From Nemertoderma westbladi (Eukaryota > Animalia > Xenacoelomorpha): a stretch of 59,846 bases of DNA. Where the stretch lies: NCBI GenBank assembly GCA_032718475.1, contig JAUCBJ010007575.1, forward strand, positions 1 to 59,846, read 5' to 3'. The notes below the pieces were generated by a model that did not search any database, had not been told where the DNA came from, and saw only the letters and a program-made list of their open reading frames with translations. The position numbers and the translations under genes are program-made. Each line of letters begins with the position of its first letter. The stretch's first letter is position 1. This document shows, one piece after another, positions 50,861 to 59,846 of this stretch.

Positions 50861-52287
50861 TCTTGATAGAAATATAATTCGGACCAAAAACAATTTAATA
50901 TGAAAATTGAATTACAAATATTTATATACTTAGTTAGCATAATATTAATATGTATAAATTCAAGAATAAAAACGTATTAAATCAATAGCTTAATTTAATT
51001 TAATTTGGTCCTGGAAAATTCGGTCCCATTAAATATGTATGTTATGGGACCGAATTTTCTAAGTCAGTATCCGGTCAATTAGGTCCCAAAACACTAAATT
51101 AAAGGGACCGAATTGACCGGGATTGAATTGTCCTGATTCCATTTTCTTGGTGTCTGTCTTATTTTCGATATCATTTTTCATGTTTGGTGGCATCTCAACT
51201 GTCTGTCTGTCTTTCCGTTTGTCTGTCAATCCGTATGTTAAAAGATATTATATCGCACCACATAGTTAAAATCTTATGAGGTTTACCTGGTCTCGGATTT
51301 CATTTCCGATGTTAGCATTATTGATTGGCTGCAATGAAACTGTTTGTATGTTATGTCAGTATTGATGTTCAGACAGACAAAAAATTTCGTCCAGGAAATC
51401 CCATATAATGGCGAATATTTTAGAACAAAGTCGTCGTTGTTCTATTTTAGATTGTTGGTATGCCGTCTAACATTTTGATGGACAAACCAACATGATGGAC
51501 ATGAAAAGACAGCTAGCTAGCTAGCTACAGTATTATAACTCGAGAAATAAAAGATATGTCGTGAGGCCATTTTCACCTACCTATGACATTGTCATTAATT
51601 TAACATTAACATTTATTTGTCTAAAAAGGTTAAGCCTCTTAAGCAAAAAAAATTTGGCATAGAAACCCATAATTTCAATTCTCTTTCAATTTGTTTGAAA
51701 TATGATTGTAGAAATATTTTGTCAAATTTTTCATGAAAATCTTAAGAGACACGAACAAAGATAAAATAAATCATACAGCCAGCTATAAAGTCCATCTATT
51801 ACCTGATTGCTTATGGCTGCATGTTTTATTTTACCATTTAATTTGCAGCCATAAGCCCACAGTGGGCGCAAATGCCCTTATGGCTGCAGGGTAAATTATT
51901 TCCATGCAGCCATAAGTCATTTAAAAAAAATAAAAGTTTCAGTTAAATATATAATATAACATAATTTATATAGCCAATTGTGCCAGATATATGGTTCCTC
52001 CAATTCCCTATCGGGGAATATGAAGCCATAAGGCCGGTCATTTCTTATGGCTGCATGTGACCATAAGGCCATTGTCTTATATATGATGCAGCCATAAGAC
52101 TTTACCCAATCGGGTAAAACCGGCATTATGGCTGCATGTGAGATACATATATATATATTACGTTAGCGGTGAGAAACAATCAAAATTCGAGTTCGATGAA
52201 GAAATAAAAAATTATAGATATTATCAGTCAAATTATATTAAATTATTAGGTTAACATTATGACAGTAAAAACGGTTTTTTTAATAAA

Positions 52288-53424
52288 CTAGAGACGGGCC
52301 TAGCGGCCCGTGAAGCAAGTCGTAGGAGACAGTACGAGTCAAGTAAAAGCTTTTTGTTCAGTCTGATAATAAATTAGTGTGAGGGTAGTCCCGGTGGTGT
52401 ACGAGAAACTTTCTAGGCAACTTCAAACTATAATTATTATGTTGTAATCATCTAATAAATTATAAAAGCTGTTGTGATTATAGAAGATAGAGAGCAGTTA
52501 GCGAAATGATTATTTTGTTATATCGGATAGAGTAGTCGGAGTCTCAGAGAGGAGTCGTGGTGTCAATTGATTAATAATAATAATAACAGCAGTCGTCATG
52601 AATTTAATACAATCGCGCACAAGAAGTGATAAGACAAATTCGTTCTTATTTTTGTAATAAATAAAACAAGTTGAGATGTTTCAATGTAAACCGCGATTAA
52701 CAATTTACACTGTTCAATGTAAACCACGATATTATTATTATAACAGATTTTTATATTTCAAACTATAATGTTAGCCTTATGGAGAATCATTATGAGGCTG
52801 AGTAAACATTCAGCCTTATAAGCATACAGCCTCCCCAGTATTAATGTTGGCACAAAGATTTCAAAATAAAACAATAATGCGATGAGAGCATAATACAATA
52901 CACTGTGTAGCCAACACACTGTTTAACTAACAGTAATTTAGCTTGCACGCCAATTAATTAACATAGCAAGGATGCATTGGGAAAAGTTATGCAGCTGAGA
53001 CTGTAATAGCCAGCTAAACCAGTTAATGTTTTGTTTGATTACTGTCTGGGTTGTAGAGTAGAGTCATAATAAAACTTGGCACACAAAGTACTTCTTTGTT
53101 AGTTGCCCTTCCTATTGAATGCATTACCAGGCCATCTCTATACATTTTTCATGAGTGCCAGCTGGTGTTTTAACATTGCGCCTATGGCAATTTTCGTGTT
53201 TTGGGGCTATTTTTCGAAATAAAACAAGTTGAGATGTTTCAATTTAAACAGCGATTTCACAAGTACCCTTAGAAATCCAATTCCATGGTCCATGCAAAAT
53301 TTCATCAAAATCGTTAGAGCCGTTTTTGCTCTAGGTCAGTAGCCAGTAGCCAGTAGCCAGTAGCCAGTAGTCAGTAGCCAGTAGCTTTTTTTTCTTACAG
53401 TAATCAAGTCTAACGACTTGCTAA
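52288..53424 (-). mobile_element. non-autonomous Helentron-type (DINE/HINE-like) element
   Basis: Inverted subTIRs AGCAAGTCG, terminal stem-loop ACGGGCC..GGCCCGT plus CTAG, (CAGTAGC)n tract. Shares GATTTTGATGAAATTTTGCA with the 40423 element. Confidence 0.7.
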
Positions 53425-54610
53425 TAAGGTAAAAATGATCAAATTAAATAATAATGAGTCAATGCATTTCGGATTACCTCTTCAGGACTATTCAAGAATA
53501 TTCAGGAATATTACGTTATATATTATATATTTTTTTCTTGCGCTGGGCAAAAGTGTATTTCTTTATTAAGGAAAACAATAATTAAAAGCGATAAAAAGTT
53601 TATATTGTGACTGTATTTTCTTTAGCACCCAAAGGTTTGACCTGTAATAAAACTCACAGATGGGATCAATAGTTTAACTTGCGCTACCCACCCCCCCCCC
53701 CCCCCCCCCCCGGCCCAATAAATAGGTTTTGAATATTTTTTTAAAATCTCAATATTGTTTCAGTTAGTTTCAGAGTTTTCACATAAACATGCATATGGAC
53801 CGCGCTAAAAAAATGTTAAACTATAGCTATATGATAAGGTTCATTGACTTGGAACTTCCCACAAAATTGTAAATATGATTTGTGTGTACTCGATTATATT
53901 CAATGTTATTACAGGAAATACAAACCACTGTTTACAATATTGGCAAACCTACATCCGACATTATTATATTTGTGGCAAGTTCATAGAGTGACATTTAACA
54001 AATATTTACATCCAGGGCTTTCAGAAATTCAATTCCACTATTATCAATTTCAGTGATAATGTCGTTTAAATATAAATGGATTTTACGAAAATCGAAGTCA
54101 TCACGGGGACCATAAAAGGTATTGTTATGTACTATATCGAATTACTTTAAGCAATGCTCCGAAAAATGTATGTACAATGGTCCATATTTGCTCTTTAATT
54201 TTCCGGATTTTTTATCAGTCCATGTTATAGTTCCATAAGATCGTACAACTACTAGTTTTTCAGTTTTTTCTCCTGTTCTTTTGGCCACAGTTGCCCTGGC
54301 AACGCGAAATTTGATTCGATAGTTTTGAGAGAAGTAAAAGATTAAAATGTTACAATTAATATTTAATGAAATATAATTTTCAAAAATCGTCTCAAAAAAA
54401 GTGCCAAAAGTAGGGTTAAAAATGGTGCTATAACTCGGAAACTACCCAATATTTTTGAAAATGCTTTTCACTACTAGGAAGACAATAGATGTTTAGGAAA
54501 AGTCATAAAATTTCATATTCCCAACTGCGTTTGTTTCAGAATTATAATGAAAAAACCACGGGGGGGGGGGGGGAGTGGGTCATATTGACCCCCCCCCCCC
54601 CCGGGTTTAA

Positions 54611-55608
54611 CCCTATTAGTACCGGGCTATAAAATGCTGTACAAATACCGGGAGGGGGTCATATTGACCCCCCCCCCTCTAAAATCTACAAATATTTACG
54701 AAAACGTCTGATTTTTTGTTTGTACGTAGGTATCACTTGTCTGGATCCGACCGAAAAAAAAATTTTCGAAAAAATGTACTGGGGTGGTTATATTGCAGCA
54801 CCAAAATTATAAGTAGTGCACAATTTTCACAAAATTTGAAAGTTACATTTTCGGCTAATTATTTTTCAATACAGGTTTTCTGGGGTGCAAAAAACATTGG
54901 AAAATATTTAAAAATGATATGATTACTATAAATGGCCGTTTAGTCCTCTCTGCGTAGGAAAAAAATGAAAAAAACAAGTAACCAGCACTTTTCAGGTAGA
55001 ACACAAAATTTTTAATTCACTTATACGATGCTATAAATTCACATTTTCAGGTTTTCGATTGCGCTGATTCTAATGGAATACATTTCTAATATGCCAGATC
55101 ATTGATACTTGTATTTTTCGGCGTAATTTGGCAAATTTTGGTGCTAGCACCAAATTTCGTACCCATCACCAAAAAGTACAAGTTTGCGATGTCCAGTGCT
55201 GTTTTTATGGATTCCATCGGATTCAGGGCACCAAAACCAAAATTTGGCACCCACCGAAAAAAACAAGTTTGAAATTTCTAAATCAATTTATATGAATTCC
55301 ATCAAATTTCTAACACCAAAAAACCGGTGTGAATCAAAAATAGAGATGTTACAATTCATATTTAATGAAATGTAATTTTCAAAAAACGTCTCAAAAAAAG
55401 TGCCAAAAGTAGGGTTAAAAAATGGTGCTATAACTCGAAAAGTACCCAATATTTTTGAAAACGGTTTTCACTACTAGGAAGACAATAGATTTTTAGGAAA
55501 AGTCATAAAATTTCAGATTCCCAACTGCGTTTGTTTCAGAATTATAATAAAAAAACCACGGGGGGGGGGGGGTCATATTGACCCCCCCCCCCCCCGGGTT
55601 TAATAGGG
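54611..55608. mobile_element. piggyBac-type MITE, copy 2 (internally deleted), nested in the TIR of a relative
   Basis: TTAA at 54607-54610 and 55609-55612; near-identical to 8096-9662 minus ~570 bp. The right end of a related element spans ~54340-54606 plus 55613-55617. Confidence 0.85.
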
Positions 55609-56473
55609 TTAATAGGGTTAACGTTTTCATATCGCATTCCTGATGACATATCTACAACAATTAAACAAATGTATGTAGGTATATTTTTTATTGTCATTAT
55701 TAAGACTTTAACAAATAGTCAAAGCTGCAAAAACAATGAAACAATTAAAAAAGCAATATATATAATACATTATTATATTAATATATGTAATACATATTTA
55801 TACTGTATAATAACATAATTATATGAGTCATCATGTCATTGTACACCTGAGTGAAACCATGCTTTCCCTTTGCGGTTGAGGAAAAGTCCTTTTCCATTTT
55901 CCTATATAGCAGAAAACGTATGACCTACATATCTATGCAAGATATTGTTTGAACTATTGATTAACTGCTGTTCAGTACAGTACTGTACAGTGAATGGATT
56001 TTTAACAAATAAAGTCACACCAAAAAATTGTATTTCACCAATTTAAATAATGTGAACCCAAAAATAATTATTCAACACCAAAATAAAATTAACATTTTTG
56101 TTTGATTTATGGAAAAAATAATTTGTGTAGTTAAAGTTTCCACAAATATTTGGTGCTGGAAGGATTGTTTTGGTTGACAAGTAATCAGCTCTCACACTTA
56201 TTTCACACTAGTAACTATTGTAATAGTTATTTGATCATTTATGGCGATATTTAATTTGGGTTGTATTAATTTTGGTTATTATTATTAATTTGTATTAAAT
56301 ACAAATTTTTGAAAATTTTTCGCATAAATCTATGTCGCGATCATATACAATGCACAATTAACATAAGTAGGTTCTATTGCTACGCGCGCTGTAGTCTAAT
56401 ACTAATACGTATGCTATATTAAATGGCTAACAAATAATTACGTTACTCAATCGTAACCTTCTACAAGACGTTG

Positions 56474-57720
56474 CTATAGTTCGTAGGTCAAACTACTTGG
56501 CCTATGGCGTTGTTGCCCGTAGTTACCAGAATGTTCCCTTGCCAGTTCTAATAAACAAGGACGGCCGGTTGGTCGATTGAAATAGTGTTTTGGTTTGAAC
56601 GGTGGATGATAGTAGTCAATTCTTTTCTTTGTAGGTAGAGTAGTTATTGCCCTACATAATTCATCCCATGAGCTATAATGGTTCATGGCGCGGGCTATCA
56701 GTGGGGTTAGACCTTCTTTAGTATTAGGTAAGTCTGAGACAGCTTTAGTCCGGGAGTGAATACTCAAACGTGGGTCTGAGTTTGGGCTGTCCGATTTGTT
56801 TATATAGTTATTGGTTATTGCGTCAATGTGTTCTCCATATTCGTCCGTATTAAGTCGGGATGTCGGTTGATTGTTGTTGCTGGGTTTACTGGATTCACCA
56901 CAGAATTTTGAAAACTTTGTCCCAAAATCGGGTCCTCCCACCTCGAATTCCTCCGCTTCCACAACATAACCGGGTTTAGGAGAATGGATGTAATTGGTCG
57001 ATATGTTTTCTGAATGAATGTGATTGGTTGATATATTGTCACTAGACATTCTTTCGTTTAAAGTCTTTATCGATGGGCCAGTACAGAACCAACCGATTCT
57101 GGTTCTGCCAGCGTATGTGGTTAAAGGCAGAGGCGAACTAGGGAGTTTTTGTAAAATTTCCAGGGCCTCTGGCGCGTTCTGGCCGATTAATAATCGAACT
57201 CCAGGTCGATCGAGTTTATATCAAGGGATGTTATTACGTTTCACAAAGTCATCGTTGTCCCAGTTAAACGCAGGTGCTTGACTATCGGTAAAGTTCTTAA
57301 TCGCAACCACCTTGATGTTGTCTAATTTACATATTTCATTTATATCACCGGGGTCAGATAAAGAAATTTTGTAATAACGAGTTTGTATAACTGATTGCCA
57401 GGTTTGCATTACGCCGAGATAGATTTAATTTCATTGGTTGTCCGTCTGCCTTGCTAAATAACTCCTCTGCAAGGTCTTGATCAATGAAGGATCCAGAGCT
57501 TCCTGTATCCATTAGGGCGTTTACGATGACGCTACGGTTGTTACAGTGTAGTCGAACTTGCAAAACGGGGAATTCTCTAACACCAAGCGATTTTGGGTCC
57601 GTGGTCTTTAAAGATGTATGTCACGGTTTATATCGGCTGTTCTGGGCGTAATGGTGGCTCATACGTGATGGCTGTACAGACCACTACATTATTGCAACTT
57701 TCCTCGTCCATAGAGAACTC
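56474..57720 (-). pseudogene. degenerate BEL/Pao-like LTR retrotransposon relic
   Basis: Aspartic protease NALMDTGSSGSFI; downstream VRLLIGQN..RTRIGWFCTGP and YSSWDELCRA resemble BEL/Pao polyprotein; stops and frameshifts, RT not seen. Confidence 0.65.
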
Positions 57721-58022
57721 GTCCGTATAGAACTCCTGTTCGGTACTTCCCCTCATGTCATAAGGGGAATAATCGGTAAATTGAACCTTTATTTCCACAT
57801 GGGGGTCTATATCCTAATGATGCTATAGGTAGTGATGTTTTCCATTACACTTAACACATTTGTAGGTGTCCCGTAAATAACACTTGCTTCTATTGTGTCC
57901 GGCGCACAAGCACAGGAAACATACACTTAAAGAGGTTATAGTTTCTCTCCGTTTTTCCAAAGACATTCCAATAAAGTCTGGACACTGCGGGAGCCTATGG
58001 GACTCTTTACTACATAATAAAC

Positions 58023-58629
58023 TATGAAGCGCCGTTTACGCCAAAACTATCTGAATAAATATTATACTCAAGATGTGTCAATAAAAAATATTATACTTAA
58101 GATGTATCTAAACGTATCTCGGCCGAGTTTTCGAGTCTTTTCGAGAGTTTTTTTCGTAACGAGGCCTCCCACCGCTGATACCTCCAACCAGTTCTACATT
58201 GGCCTCAGCCATACAGCCATAGGCATAGCTGCACACGTGTAGGATAGTGAAGAGAAACGGTAGCAATAGGATGCAGGTTTATGTACTGTACTGCTGTAAT
58301 ACTGTAATTATTGCAAATACAATGCCATTTTAAATTTCCCGCCGTTAATATTTTAATACTTTCTCGGCCGAGAAAAACTCGGCCGAGAAAAACTCGGCCG
58401 AGAAAAACTCGGCCGAGAAAAACTCGGCCGAGAAAAACTCGGCCGAGGAAAAACTCGGCCGAGAAAATCTGGGCCGAGAGAAAAACTCGGCCGAGAAAAA
58501 CTCGGTAGAGAAAACTCGGCCGAGAATCTCGGCCGAGAATTTAGATACATCTTAAGTATAATATTTTTTATTGACACATCTTGAGTATAATATTTATTCA
58601 GATAGTTTTGGTGTAAACGGCGCTTCATA
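58023..58629. mobile_element. 607-bp MITE with ~90-bp TIRs and an internal 15-bp tandem of palindromic CTCGGCCGAG
   Basis: TIR TATGAAGCGCCGTTTAC.. at both ends; flanking ATAAAC direct repeat (TSD length ambiguous); tandem at 58363-58537. Confidence 0.85.
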
Positions 58630-58844
58630 ATAAACAGCCGGCGTTATAGGTCGCTGATGTAATTATCGGTTTAATAGTTGTTTCAGGCCTTTACCCCTTT
58701 GATCGCTGCGTTTCTGGCTATCCGAGATATTGGGTTGGGTTGGGGTCTACCAACACCAACACGGACAGCCCCGTAAAACGTTAATATAGCACTGCGTAAC
58801 GGTATACCGTAAACTCATACATGGTTAAATATCGGATATATCGG

Positions 58845-59846
58845 ACTTTGCACACGGACCCAAATGTTGGCAGATACTTTGCACACGGACCCAAATGTTG
58901 GCAGATACTTTGCACACGGACCCAAAGGATGTCATATACTTTGCACACGGACCCAAAGGATGTCATATACTTTGCACACGGACCCAAAGGATGTCAGATA
59001 CTTTGCACACGGACCCAAATGTTGGCAGATACTTTGCACACGGACCCAAAGATGTCAGACACTTTGCACACGGACCCAAATGTTGGCAGATATTTGCACA
59101 CGGACCCAAATGTTGGCAGATACTTTGCACACGGACCCAAATGTTGGCAGATACTTTGCACTCGGACCCAAAGGATTTCATATACTTTGCACACGGACCC
59201 AAAGGATGTCATATACTTTGCACTCGGACCCAAAGGATGTCAGATACTTTGAACACGGACCCAAAAGATGCCAGATACTTTGCACACGGACCCAAATGTT
59301 GGCAGATACTATGCACACGGACCCAAAGATGTCAGATACTTTGCACACGGACCCAAATGTTGGCAAATAATTTGCACACTCACCCAAATGTTGGCAGATA
59401 CTTTGTACACGGACCCAAATGTTGGCAGATACTTTGCACTCGGACCCAAAGGATGTCAGATCTTTGCACACGGACCCAAAGGATGTCATATACTTTGCAC
59501 ACGGACCCAAAGGATGTCATATACTTTGCATACGGACCCAAAATATGTCAGATACTTTGCACACGGATCCAAATGTTGGCAGATACTTTGCACACGGACC
59601 CAAAGGATGTCATATACATTGCACACGGACCCAAAGGATGTCATATACTTTGCACACAGACCCAAAAGATGTCAGATACTTTGCACACGGACCCAAATGT
59701 TGGCAGATACTTTGCACACGGACCCAAACGATGTCAGATACTTTGCACACGGACCCAAAGGATGTCAGATACTTTGCACACGGACCCAAATGTTGGCAGA
59801 TACTTTGCACACGGACCCAAAGGATGTCATATACTTTGCACACGGA
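58845..59846. repeat. 31-bp satellite, second array, runs off the window end
   Basis: Same monomers and orientation as 10339-14120. Confidence 0.97.

Noticed and set aside
50629-50940. Repetitive ORFs QFGPR.. and KTRPR.. (58311-58628)
   Set aside because: Translations of 15-bp tandem repeats.

Overview
AT-rich, repeat-dense eukaryotic DNA, probably from an invertebrate animal (not determinable from this window). There is one clear host gene, a two-exon MELK kinase on the minus strand (577-3246). Most of the rest is satellites (22, 31, 49, 146 and 15 bp units) and nested transposon debris: piggyBac-type MITEs, Helentron-type non-autonomous elements, a 5.6-kb TIR element carrying a degraded ALDH3 fragment, a truncated Ty3/Gypsy, a BEL/Pao relic, and RTE and SINE fragments. 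The main feature is a complete 16.9-kb Polinton/Maverick-like element (31398-48301) with AGTAGT-type termini, ~0.6-kb TIRs and a 6-bp TSD (TACAAA); a paralogous empty site lies at 18336. It encodes an intact protein-primed family-B DNA polymerase but no recognisable integrase, packaging ATPase, protease or capsid gene. It instead carries a divergent TATA-binding-protein-like ORF, a 570-aa ORF with two possible PC4-like segments, a predicted spliced ATG-free leader, and an array of tRNA B-box motifs. All protein family calls come from motif recognition by eye and need profile or structure searches.
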